NCBI GenBank assembly: GCA_035454925.1
Contig: DATIFZ010000067.1
Coordinates: 2,960 to 66,959 of the forward strand
Reading direction: 5' to 3'
Source: Nitrososphaeraceae archaeon
Lineage (GTDB): Archaea > Thermoproteota > Nitrososphaeria > Nitrososphaerales > Nitrososphaeraceae
DNA: 64,000 nucleotides
Shown piece by piece: positions 1-9,494 of this stretch. Below the pieces are notes generated by a model. The model was not told the DNA's origin and searched no databases. It saw only the letters and a program-made list of their open reading frames with translations. The position numbers and the translations under genes are program-made. Each line of letters begins with the position of its first letter. The first letter of the stretch is position 1.

Positions 1-5
1 GAAAA

Positions 6-965
6 TTGCCTGAACCCAGTAGCACGTATCTATATGGATCCTATCAAAGTCTATTTATCGAGATTTTCAAATTTCTTTCAGACCAGATTTACAAAACCGA
101 CATTTTGCCTATCCCTTATGTGGGACCTAAGAACAAAGAGATAGAAGTGCTTAATGCCGCTAGGTCAGATTTTGCAAATCAAGATTATCCGTCAGTAATC
201 AGTAAAACAACATGTATGATTGAGACCAAGCTCCGTGATTTCATTTATTCAGTATTCCTGTTACAATATGGCGATAGAAATCACCGCATGCAAAGAATTC
301 CGATAAAATTACACGAATATATTAATAAAAATCCAGTTAAAGATAAAAGATATGCATTTGAATTTGTTGGAAATGAATTAACTTACCTGAATAGACATCA
401 ATATTATCCTATATTACTAGGTCCAGGAATCGGGTCTGATAACTGGGAACATACATTTTCTCATGTTTTCTTAGGATGGAATTATGCGATGATGGCATCA
501 TATATGCAAAGTTTTTTTAAATTTAATCTTACATCATCCCACAATAAAGTAGAAGTTCTGAGGAGGGCTCGTCCATCAGATATTTATGATTTTTTGATTA
601 ACTCCATAACTTTACTTGTAATGATCAATAAATCCTATTTTGCCTTTCTTGATAATGCAAAAAAGTTGGAAATCTCGGGATCCAAGGACTCAGGATATTA
701 TTTCTCGTTGGACAACTTAAAAGACAAGTTTTCATTACAGCCAGTTAGAGTTTCTAATGACAACGAAAGAAGAATTCTGGATTTATTTAAGAACAAAACT
801 AATACGATTGATTTTTCCGATCCATCATCACTTGAACAGAAATATGGGGTTAGTTACAGAGAATTATTTGCAATTATTTTTAGAATTCTTAAAGAAAAGC
901 GATCAAACTTTGATATCAAGAACGTAAAAGAGGATCCTCCTATTATTACTATTTCTATGAATTAG
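6..965 (+). CDS. hypothetical protein, possibly 5'-truncated by the window edge
   Basis: 319-aa ORF. The frame is open back to nt 3, so TTG at 6 is only the first possible start. I recognise no motif. Confidence 0.4.
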   Translation: MPEPSSTYLYGSYQSLFIEIFKFLSDQIYKTDILPIPYVGPKNKEIEVLNAARSDFANQDYPSVISKTTCMIETKLRDFIYSVFLLQYGDRNHRMQRIPIKLHEYINKNPVKDKRYAFEFVGNELTYLNRHQYYPILLGPGIGSDNWEHTFSHVFLGWNYAMMASYMQSFFKFNLTSSHNKVEVLRRARPSDIYDFLINSITLLVMINKSYFAFLDNAKKLEISGSKDSGYYFSLDNLKDKFSLQPVRVSNDNERRILDLFKNKTNTIDFSDPSSLEQKYGVSYRELFAIIFRILKEKRSNFDIKNVKEDPPIITISMN

Positions 966-1045
966 CCTATTGATATGGAATCCGACACCGCAAACATTAT
1001 CTTACTTGGTATGTATCGCAGTACATGAAGTATCATAAAAACTGA

Positions 1046-1603
1046 ATACGAACCGCAGGATTACCTCCTTCTTACAAACTCAAAGAAGGGTTGGAAGATT
1101 TCAGCAATTATGATTTTTTCTTTGAGGATAGTTTCAGATACGCTGTTGAAGTACGACATGCATCTTGGTTTAATGACTTGATACAGCTTTTTTAAAAATA
1201 ATAATATTGCAATGGTATGGAGTCAAATGGATAGATTACAAACTCCTCCAATAGTAACATCTGATTTCGTGTATCTTAGATTAATAGTAGACCGTAGGTT
1301 AGCTGAAGACCAGTTTGGTAAAATTCAAATTCATAGGATAGAAGAAATTAGAAATTGGGCTGGCAAATTGAAAGAGATAATGCAAAACGAAAAAGATGTC
1401 AAAGCAGCAATAGTGGCAGCAAATAACCATTATGGAGGATATGGACTGGAACTGTAGATATCTTCAGAGGCAATATGGACATGGAAAAATTATCCCATGA
1501 AAACGTAGACATAGAAAAAATAAATCATCAATTACAATTAGAGAAAAGATTCAACTGGAAACCACAAAGTAAATCAAGGCAAACAAGTTTATCAGATTTT
1601 TAG
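1046..1603 (+). pseudogene. DUF72 (UPF0759) family pseudogene, N-terminally truncated with at least two frameshifts
   Basis: Three frames joined read ...LPPSYKLKEGLEDF..FRYAVEVRHASWFNDL / YSFFKNNNIAMVWSQMD..SDFVYLRL..AANNHYGGYG / TVDIFRGNMD...QTSLSDF*. The xVExRHxSW and NNHY motifs are typical of DUF72. Frame changes lie near 1178 and 1445. Only the middle piece (1212-1457) is an intact ORF. Confidence 0.6.
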
Positions 1604-1780
1604 AAATCATAGAGAAAGAAAATAAAAATAGAGTAAACTGGCATGCTCAAAAACTATATCGAATCATTAATTAAAGACAAAACTGTCCTACAGATTGAGG
1701 AATTGTCTGGCAATAAAGGCGGTTTATTATACTTTATTTGATCTAAAAATGAAATATATTGTATCGAATCTCATGATTTT

Positions 1781-2440
1781 GTGTTGAAATATATTTTTAC
1801 GTCTATAATATGCATGGCTGCATTCATAATAATAGGGGTAATTCTTTCACCTAAAGTAGGATATCCAAACCAGGGAGTTATTGAATTTGATAAAGCAATG
1901 TCATCTTTTATCTATGATTCTCATTCCAACTTAATAGACCACTTTATGATAGTGTTGTCAACGTATGGAAGAGAAATAGTTTGGGTAGCTGTAATTGTGT
2001 TTATGAGTATATTTACGGGCTGGAAAGGGAAAAAAATTGCCATAATCATAGTAATTTCTTTTTTGATAATTATGCCTCTAAACACATTATTCAAGTATCT
2101 TTTTGAAAGACCTCGTCCATCAATAGAAGTCAAGGAACTTGATATTCTTCCAAAGAATGATTTTTCGTATCCTTCGGGTCATGCTTCTATCGTTAGTGGC
2201 GGTGCAGCGATTCTGTTAATATTGTTCAGAAAGGAAAAGGAGCTTTTATTTTCGTTAATACTGGCAGGTGAAGCAGCACTCGTATGTATTTCAAGAATTT
2301 ATGTAGGTGATCATTTTTTGTTTGATGCCGTAGGTGGTATATTACTTGGTGTTGGAATTTCGCTTTTGTCAATTTCATTTTCAAGGTATCTTGATCCCGT
2401 GATTGTTCGAGTACGTAAATATTATGATAAGGTCTCTTAA
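1781..2440 (+). CDS. PAP2-family membrane phosphatase (undecaprenyl/dolichyl-diphosphatase-like)
   Basis: All three PAP2 motifs are present: KYLFERPRP, PSGH, SRIYVGDHFLFD. Several hydrophobic helices. Confidence 0.85.
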   Translation: MLKYIFTSIICMAAFIIIGVILSPKVGYPNQGVIEFDKAMSSFIYDSHSNLIDHFMIVLSTYGREIVWVAVIVFMSIFTGWKGKKIAIIIVISFLIIMPLNTLFKYLFERPRPSIEVKELDILPKNDFSYPSGHASIVSGGAAILLILFRKEKELLFSLILAGEAALVCISRIYVGDHFLFDAVGGILLGVGISLLSISFSRYLDPVIVRVRKYYDKVS

Positions 2441-2450
2441 CCTCGAGTAT

Positions 2451-3326
2451 TTATCTTGAAAAGGGCTTTGCCTGAAATATACCATCACTTACCCATTTCA
2501 TGAATTTTCTATCGGATAGAGACTCTTTCTTTTGAATAGAATTTTTAGCGTCCATTCCAATCACATATCTAAAATCAGGATGCTTAGAATTCAATGCATG
2601 TAGTATGGTATTTGCTACTTGTCTGCTTGAAGTAGGGCTATTTTTCATTGCAGTTTTTAGGAATGAAACTCTCTTTTTCATTAATTCATGATATGCAGAC
2701 TTGGTATCAATACCTTTAATCTTTAGATTCTGAAAAAAATTAGTTTGTACAACTCCAGGTTCAACTACTATAACCTTTATACCAAACTCCGCTAATTCAT
2801 ATGAAATAGATTCAGATAGACCTTCTATTGCAAATTTACTAGACACATATGCAGCGTTAAGGGGAACTCCAAATCTCCCGACCATTGAACTAATGTTAGC
2901 AATGGTTCCGTATCCTTGTTTCCTCATAATGGGAACTATTGCCTTAATAAGTCTGATTACTCCAAAAAAGTTGGTCTCAAATTGTAGCTTGATATCATCA
3001 ATTGTAATATCTTCAATCGGACCAAACATACCATAACCGGCGTTATTGATTAGAACATCGATTTTTCCCGAATTGTAAAGAATGTCTCGAATAGCTTTTC
3101 TAATAGACTCTGGATCGTTTACGTCAAGAGGTATTATTTTCATAGGGAGTTTTTCTTTATCAATTACCTCTTGAATTTTTTTAGCTTTCGACAAATCTCT
3201 CACAGAGCCATATGTATTAAAGTTGTTACGAGCCAATAAGAGGCAAGTAGCGTATCCAATTCCAGAAGAACATCCGGTGACCAGTGCCGTTCTATTACCT
3301 TTCATACTTATGATTAAAGACGACAA
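2451..3326 (-). CDS. short-chain dehydrogenase/reductase (SDR)
   Basis: TGCSSGIG cofactor motif, NNAG, and catalytic YVSSK (YxxxK). Confidence 0.9.
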   Translation of the reverse strand: MSSLIISMKGNRTALVTGCSSGIGYATCLLLARNNFNTYGSVRDLSKAKKIQEVIDKEKLPMKIIPLDVNDPESIRKAIRDILYNSGKIDVLINNAGYGMFGPIEDITIDDIKLQFETNFFGVIRLIKAIVPIMRKQGYGTIANISSMVGRFGVPLNAAYVSSKFAIEGLSESISYELAEFGIKVIVVEPGVVQTNFFQNLKIKGIDTKSAYHELMKKRVSFLKTAMKNSPTSSRQVANTILHALNSKHPDFRYVIGMDAKNSIQKKESLSDRKFMKWVSDGIFQAKPFSR

Positions 3327-3418
3327 TTAAAAAATTTTCGGATAACTTGTTCCGTGGTTGAAAATAAGGAAGAATAAATTTAGTAATTTAATTATACTAC
3401 TGCAGACCAGATCTTTAT

Positions 3419-4096
3419 GTGCAACTTATACCAAAATTAGAAATAAAATCTTTCTCTAATATCGTTAACTTTCTCAATGAAGAAAAAGTTGGTAGGGTTG
3501 CGTCTATTGATGAAAATGGCTATCCGCAGATAATACCAATGAATTTTGCCTATGTTCGGAATAATCAGATTGATACTCAGTCAGATACTAAAAATTTTGG
3601 TTCAATATATATGCACTCTTACCCAATCGGAGAAAAAATTCACAACATCAACAGAAACTCAAAGGTCGGATTTGAGGTTGATTCTTATGTTTGTTTTTTG
3701 CCATCGTATTATTTTCATCCAACCGACGCTTCACAGGCTGATACATTGTACATTAGCGTAGTTATCAAAGGAACGGCATCTGTTGTTCAAAGTACTGATG
3801 AAAAGGCAATTGCTTTGAATGCATTAATGAAGAAATATCAAAAAGAGGGAGGCTATGAACCTCTTACTTCAAACATGGGCTCAGTTAGGGAAGTTGCAGT
3901 TTTGAAGGTCGTTCCAGTTGATCTTCGTGGTAAATATAAGATAGGACAGCATTGGATACCAAGATATAGGTTAAAAATGGCGAGGAATATTATAGAAAGA
4001 GAAAGAGAGACTGATGCCAAAAGAATTCTAGAAATAATGGGCATACAGATAAGGGAAGATGGTGGCCTAAAAGTCATTAAAGAACCCATCATGTAG
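3419..4096 (+). CDS. pyridoxamine 5'-phosphate oxidase-family FMN-binding protein
   Basis: GRVASIDENGYPQIIPMNFAY ... IYMHSYPIGEKIHNINRNSKVGFEVD pattern typical of the split-barrel PNPOx-like family. GTG start. Confidence 0.65.
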   Translation: MQLIPKLEIKSFSNIVNFLNEEKVGRVASIDENGYPQIIPMNFAYVRNNQIDTQSDTKNFGSIYMHSYPIGEKIHNINRNSKVGFEVDSYVCFLPSYYFHPTDASQADTLYISVVIKGTASVVQSTDEKAIALNALMKKYQKEGGYEPLTSNMGSVREVAVLKVVPVDLRGKYKIGQHWIPRYRLKMARNIIERERETDAKRILEIMGIQIREDGGLKVIKEPIM

Positions 4097-4377
4097 TAAA
4101 TATTCTATATTATGGTAATTAATAATATATGGCTCCTATAAAATTGGATTAAATATCAGAATAAATTGCGATTATTCTGGGCATTTTGAGTATTTATTAA
4201 TGTAGTGAATTATGGTTTTTATACTATTTGTAATAACATATCCTGCTATAGGAATAGTTTTCGATTGCTATGATTGGGCAAATTAGAACTCGAAACTATA
4301 TCATCTGTTTATCAAAAATATGGTCTTCCGCAGATTAACGGTAAATATATAACTAAAAAAGACGTATTATAATGTGA

Positions 4378-4920
4378 ATGCACTCAACCGAAAATGAAGA
4401 TCCATTTGTCAAGATAGCCAATCTGATAGGCGGGGAAGAATATCATAAAGTTGCAAGGGCCTTATTGAATACAGAAGATGCTACTGATGAGGAAATAGCT
4501 GGAGCTACGGGAATGCGAATTAATATAATCAGAAAAGTGTTGTATGACATGTTTGGTAAAGCATTAATTACGGGTATTCGAGTCAAGGACGAAAAAAAAG
4601 GATGGTTTGTGTATCGATGGAGAGCAAAAAGAGATCAAGCGGAAAACTTTATAGAAAATCAGAAAAAAAAGATTCTGGACAGGCTTCAGAAACGATTGGA
4701 ATATGAAGAATCCTCAGAATTTTACCATTGTGGGAGTACAAATTGTCCAAGAATAAAATTCGATTACGCAATGGAACTATTCTTCAAATGTCCAAACTGC
4801 AGAAATTCCCTAAATATGGTAAATAATGAAAAGGTTAAGGATGCTTTAAGATACAAGATAGAACAGATTTTATTGGATATTAGCTCCAAAGAAGAAATAT
4901 CATCTCAGACTATAGATTAA
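4378..4920 (+). CDS. tfe: transcription factor E (TFE alpha, TFIIE-alpha homologue)
   Basis: N-terminal winged helix (DEEIAGATGMRINIIRKVLYDM...GWFVYRW) followed by a zinc ribbon (HCGSTNC...CPNC). Size is typical at 180 aa. Confidence 0.85.
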   Translation: MHSTENEDPFVKIANLIGGEEYHKVARALLNTEDATDEEIAGATGMRINIIRKVLYDMFGKALITGIRVKDEKKGWFVYRWRAKRDQAENFIENQKKKILDRLQKRLEYEESSEFYHCGSTNCPRIKFDYAMELFFKCPNCRNSLNMVNNEKVKDALRYKIEQILLDISSKEEISSQTID

Positions 4921-5547
4921 AACAATTTCTTTTTTGTCTTGTATTATTGATTTTACCAGCTTCATTCTAATTGCATTATAGATGTAGGAAATACCTTCAC
5001 CCTCAACTAATGTCTTTGCATCTCTGCCGCCAATTACTATCGGTGCAATCGTAACAATTAATTCATTGACAAGACCCAATTTTAAGACAGACCAGTTAAT
5101 TTCTCCTCCTCCCTCGACGAGTATCTTTTTGAGACCTAACTTTTCTAAATGTTGGAATAGATTTATGAAGTTCACTTTTTCTCTACCCATTACTAATACT
5201 TTTACACCTTTCTTTTCTATTTCTTTAATTTTCTTTAAAGAAGCATCATGAGTTACGGCCACGAATGTTTGAATTTTCTTTGATGATCTCATAATCCTAG
5301 AGTCTAATGGAATTCTTGCTTTTGAATCAATAATAATTCTTGCGGGATTCTTTACCGCTCTTGCATATCTTACATTTAACATAGGATCATCTTTCAAGAC
5401 AGTTGATATCCCAATCACTATACCATCTACAGTCGACCTTAACTTGTGGACACGTACCCAATCAATTTTAGAAGAAATTGACGAATCGTTTTTCCTAGTA
5501 GTAATCTTACCATCTATTGACATTGCTGCGTTTAGGATTACATACAA
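4900..5547 (-). CDS. arfC: 2,5-diamino-6-ribosylamino-4(3H)-pyrimidinone 5'-phosphate reductase (RibD C-terminal domain type)
   Basis: YVILNAAMSIDGKI start and ...LVEGGGEINWS motif of the RibD_C/DHFR-like reductase family. TTG start. Last gene of the riboflavin operon. Confidence 0.85.
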   Translation of the reverse strand: MYVILNAAMSIDGKITTRKNDSSISSKIDWVRVHKLRSTVDGIVIGISTVLKDDPMLNVRYARAVKNPARIIIDSKARIPLDSRIMRSSKKIQTFVAVTHDASLKKIKEIEKKGVKVLVMGREKVNFINLFQHLEKLGLKKILVEGGGEINWSVLKLGLVNELIVTIAPIVIGGRDAKTLVEGEGISYIYNAIRMKLVKSIIQDKKEIVLIYSLR

Positions 5548-6779
5548 CTAAATTCATCTCCATCAACAAATTTACCATTTATCATAACATTGAGAATGCA
5601 GTTTGCATTTGCTCTGTGTATTACGGAAACATGAGGGTCATGCATGGGTGAAATATCCAAATTGTTTTTGTCAATAAATATAATATCCGCTGCCTTGCCA
5701 GTCATTATGGCTCCAGAATTTATGCCGAGTATTTTTCCTCCGTTAATTGTGGCCATTTTCAAGATTTCTCTTGCTGGAATTGGCCGACCCGCTGATGTCC
5801 GGGACACTTTCCAGATATAATCTAATTCCCGAAACATGTCCGGAGAATTAATCATAATGTTGTCTGTACCAATACCAACACAACATCCTGAACTTAACAT
5901 CTTGGCAATTCTTGGTATTCCAACTCCAAGGGTACTGTTTGCTCTAGGACAAACAACAATTCCAATTTTTTTTCTAGCAACAAGTTCAATATCAACATCA
6001 GATGCATGTGTTAAATGAACAACAAAATTTGGCAAGAGGTTTGATACTATTCTTTGAACCTCGCTTTTACCTGTTACAGTAATTGATTTCTTTGTTGTTT
6101 CAAGTGATTCAGCAGCATGGATACCTATCAAAATTTTTTTTTCCAAAGAATTTTTATGTATTACTTTTTCATACTCAATCAATGAATTATCTGTGTTCTC
6201 ATTAGCTCCACTTATGCCCAACCCATCAGCTACGCCGGCAATCTGAAAAACAAGTTCTATTACATCTGGGGGCAATTTTGGATTTTTGACAAAATCTTTC
6301 GATATGTCATGGTAAAATTCTGGTCTGCCTAATACAATACCTTTTATTGATAATCCTGATATTGCTTCTTTAATTTGGTCTATTCCTTCAAGTCCGCCCT
6401 CCCTGAAATCTGCAAATGCAACCATGCCATTTCTCATCATGGACATTGCAGAACTTCTCATAAAGTTGACTAAATGCTTTCTTTCGCTATTTCGCAGGAT
6501 CTTATTTTTGATACCATAAATCGGATGGATCCTTGTTTCAAATGCTGAGTCAACTCCAATGTCCTTTCCAAAGGAATCACCAATGTGTGTATGAGCATTA
6601 ATAAATCCAGGAATAGCTAATATGCCTTCTCCATCATAAATTGCGCCGTACGTTCTTCCCTTATAATCTCCTGTGCCGACACTTTCTATTATTCCATTTT
6701 TGACTACTATATATCCATTATCAATGTATTCAAGATTTTCGCCTATGAATAGACTAATGTTCCTAATATTTAGTGCCAT
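5538..6779 (-). CDS. amidohydrolase-superfamily protein (COG0402 chlorohydrolase / aminopurine-pyrimidine deaminase-like)
   Basis: PGFINAHTHIGDS (HxH metal motif), HAAES, VVHLTH and GIGTDN motifs. Overlaps arfA and arfC by 10 nt each. Confidence 0.8.
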   Translation of the reverse strand: MALNIRNISLFIGENLEYIDNGYIVVKNGIIESVGTGDYKGRTYGAIYDGEGILAIPGFINAHTHIGDSFGKDIGVDSAFETRIHPIYGIKNKILRNSERKHLVNFMRSSAMSMMRNGMVAFADFREGGLEGIDQIKEAISGLSIKGIVLGRPEFYHDISKDFVKNPKLPPDVIELVFQIAGVADGLGISGANENTDNSLIEYEKVIHKNSLEKKILIGIHAAESLETTKKSITVTGKSEVQRIVSNLLPNFVVHLTHASDVDIELVARKKIGIVVCPRANSTLGVGIPRIAKMLSSGCCVGIGTDNIMINSPDMFRELDYIWKVSRTSAGRPIPAREILKMATINGGKILGINSGAIMTGKAADIIFIDKNNLDISPMHDPHVSVIHRANANCILNVMINGKFVDGDEFSCM

Positions 6780-7558
6780 TCTATTTCATAAACAGGTTGA
6801 AGTATACCTTTATCTCTAAGACTTCGGATTGTATCCAAGGCCTCTGTTGCAGCTTGTACTGCTTTTCTACCGGTAACAGCTCTACCTATCCCACAGTTTA
6901 GTTTGACATTTTGAGAGTCTTGGATTTTATTAATTATTTCGGTTACTTTCTCTTTAGAAACAGCATTAGAAATCACCATAAAGTTATCACCACCGAGAAA
7001 AAATGTCATGGATTTTTGTTCGATAAACATCTGAATAAGCTTTGAAAACACCTCCGTGACTCTTGCTGTAATTTCATATGGGGAGAGCATATTACTAACT
7101 TTGGTGGAATTATCTATATCGATGTGTAAAACTTGAGCAAACAAATCCATGGGTGATTTTACTGAATTATTATACATTAATTGAATTTGTTCACTTGCAT
7201 ATACCAATTTGCTATTTTTGACCAATGTGTTGTTTTTACGTGAATTGTGTGCTGCAATGTTTGCATCCAAAGGAGTTTTGCCTATTCCGATAGCCATTGA
7301 AATCTCAATACCCTTGTACATATTGTTAATTTCCTGTTCAATAAATAAGTGATCATTAATGGATAATCCGTTACTAATTGCAATTAGTTCATCAAATCTA
7401 TTAAAGTATAAGATACAATTCCTCTTAGTGAAAAGATCTTGCAAATCGCTATAGAAACTTGCTTGGAATATTTGTAATTGGGCCTCCCTATCGCTTCCCA
7501 ATTTTAATGTCCATGGACCATAACCCTCGATCTTTATTATGGTAATTTGAATGGTCAT
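6770..7558 (-). CDS. arfA: GTP cyclohydrolase III (archaeal riboflavin/F420 pathway)
   Basis: IQITIIKIEGYGPWT N-terminus, FNRFDELIAISNG, VLHIDIDN, FFLGGDNFMVISN and CGIG, all remembered from MJ0145-type ArfA. Confidence 0.85.
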   Translation of the reverse strand: MTIQITIIKIEGYGPWTLKLGSDREAQLQIFQASFYSDLQDLFTKRNCILYFNRFDELIAISNGLSINDHLFIEQEINNMYKGIEISMAIGIGKTPLDANIAAHNSRKNNTLVKNSKLVYASEQIQLMYNNSVKSPMDLFAQVLHIDIDNSTKVSNMLSPYEITARVTEVFSKLIQMFIEQKSMTFFLGGDNFMVISNAVSKEKVTEIINKIQDSQNVKLNCGIGRAVTGRKAVQAATEALDTIRSLRDKGILQPVYEIEWH

Positions 7559-7575
7559 TGTTGACTACCCTTGTC

Positions 7576-8004
7576 CTAATTGTCTTCGAATTCCAACAAT
7601 CTCGTTACCATTTTGTATGCAGCTTCGACTCCTCTCTTGGGAACAATTCTGGCTCTTTGCTTGGCCTGCTTTAGTGTCATATCAGGTCCCGTTATTCCGA
7701 GTGTGACTGGCTTTTGATACTTTAAAGCTAAATCAGAAAGTAATCTAGCGGTATTATTTGCTATAACGTGATCATGGCCTGTCTCTCCCTTTATGACTGC
7801 ACCTAAAGTGACTACCACATCAATTTGTTCTTTTTTCAATAGTTTTTCGACAACCAAAGGCATGTCAAATGTTCCAGGTACATGACATATTTTTACAATA
7901 TGCAAGTTTAACTTCTTTGCATGCGATATGGCTGTTTTAAGCATTTCATTAGTGATCTCTTTGTTAAACTCAGCTACGACTATACCTAACCTTATTTTAC
8001 TCAA
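7576..8004 (-). CDS. ribH: 6,7-dimethyl-8-ribityllumazine synthase
   Basis: RLGIVVAEFNKEIT...VPGTFDMP...VVTLGAVIKGETGHDHVI, the classic lumazine synthase pattern. Confidence 0.9.
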   Translation of the reverse strand: MSKIRLGIVVAEFNKEITNEMLKTAISHAKKLNLHIVKICHVPGTFDMPLVVEKLLKKEQIDVVVTLGAVIKGETGHDHVIANNTARLLSDLALKYQKPVTLGITGPDMTLKQAKQRARIVPKRGVEAAYKMVTRLLEFEDN

Positions 8005-8011
8005 AATATAT

Positions 8012-8701
8012 TCAATTCACATATGATTCTTTAATTTGAAGGGATTCGACCAAGGGGATATTAAATCTTGAAGAATATTCCATTGCTTTGTCAACTGTTA
8101 ATGCATCACCTGTCTCAGAGTCGAGCATTTCACAAATTACGGCCGATTGGACCATATTTGCCAATTTCATTAAATGGATAGATAATTCGGTATGACCAGA
8201 TCTTTCCTTAAGCAATTCGTTTGCAGCGATTAGTAAAGGTACATGGCCTGGAGATCGAAACTTCTCAAAAAACTCATTCCTACCATAATTATCTATATCA
8301 GAACATACTTCTGCCATTTTCATAATTGTAAGGGCTCTATCTTTATCTGTTACACCTGTAAAGGTATCCATATGGTTTATTGTAATTGAAAATGAAGGTC
8401 GATCACCGTAGGGGGCAATAGAACTTATCATTTTAGATAAGGATGAGTAATTCTTGGAAGCCAAATGAAGCAAATCATGCATAAATATCAAATTTAATTT
8501 TGATGCAATTTCGCCTGATATGGCCAAGCATATTAGTCCGCCCGCATCAATTCGCATTGTTGCTATATCACGTGCGTTAACATATTGAGCAGGTTTCACC
8601 ATATCAACCTCGTTTTCTCGAGATTCGCTATCATGAATCAAGACAAATTTCCCTTCCCTTAGGCTCCGTATAGCATCTTCAATTGATTTCACTGGTTTCA
8701 A
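8012..8701 (-). CDS. ribB: 3,4-dihydroxy-2-butanone 4-phosphate synthase
   Basis: RENEVDMV, GGLICLA, RSPGHVPLL, RSGHTELS motifs. Confidence 0.9.
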   Translation of the reverse strand: MKPVKSIEDAIRSLREGKFVLIHDSESRENEVDMVKPAQYVNARDIATMRIDAGGLICLAISGEIASKLNLIFMHDLLHLASKNYSSLSKMISSIAPYGDRPSFSITINHMDTFTGVTDKDRALTIMKMAEVCSDIDNYGRNEFFEKFRSPGHVPLLIAANELLKERSGHTELSIHLMKLANMVQSAVICEMLDSETGDALTVDKAMEYSSRFNIPLVESLQIKESYVN

Positions 8702-8745
8702 AACACTATCTACAATTAAAAAGGTTACTGTTTTTCTGGTAATAA

Positions 8746-9351
8746 CTAAGAATGTGGTAATAATTTTGTGACATACTTGCTTAAAATGTCTGCCTCAATA
8801 TTAACTTTATCTCCTTTTCGCTTATTTTTAAAAGTGGTAACGGCAAGTGTATGAGGGACCAAAGCAACTGAAAATCTTGTATCTGCGACATCAACAATGG
8901 TAAAGCTTATGCCATCTAGTGCAACAGAACCTTTTGGTACCAAATACTTTGATATCTCCTTGCTCATATTTATCCACATTTTGGTCTCAGAGGGAATCTT
9001 CCTGATATCTTCTATTTTTCCAACGCCATCTACGTGACCCAAGACAATATGCCCTTCAAGTCTATCGTTTATCCTCAAACTCCTTTCTAGGTTTACTTTA
9101 TCTCCAACTTTCAAGATTCCTAAAGCAGTTCGTTTCATGGTTTCTTTTACGACTTCAAAATACGCTACGCTTTTCAAAATCCGTGTTGCGGTGAGGCATG
9201 TTCCATTGACATTTACACTGTCACCTACTTCTAGACCCTTGCTCAGTTTTCCTAGATCTATTTCGATCCTATTGTCGGCGGCTTTATCATTGTCATCTAT
9301 TTTGACCATTGATTTGATAATTCCAGTACCTTCTACGATACCAGTGAACAT
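8746..9351 (-). CDS. ribE: riboflavin synthase (bacterial/eukaryotic-type two-barrel alpha chain)
   Basis: MFTGIVEGTG start, NGTCLT and DGISFT repeat motifs, GHIVLGHVDG. Confidence 0.9.
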   Translation of the reverse strand: MFTGIVEGTGIIKSMVKIDDNDKAADNRIEIDLGKLSKGLEVGDSVNVNGTCLTATRILKSVAYFEVVKETMKRTALGILKVGDKVNLERSLRINDRLEGHIVLGHVDGVGKIEDIRKIPSETKMWINMSKEISKYLVPKGSVALDGISFTIVDVADTRFSVALVPHTLAVTTFKNKRKGDKVNIEADILSKYVTKLLPHS

Positions 9352-9494
9352 AAAGTATTGATAAACAATTGCTATCGCAAATAAAAATATTTCATAATCT
9401 GCGATAAGTAAGGTTATATCTGCATAACCTCATGAAATTATCATCTCCCCTGTGATTAGCTACACTATAATAACTTCAACTTGCAATAATTTCC

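Noticed and set aside
9352-9494. FMN riboswitch upstream of the riboflavin operon
   Set aside because: No conserved FMN-element helices are recognisable in the 143-nt AT-rich spacer, and FMN riboswitches are not known in archaea.
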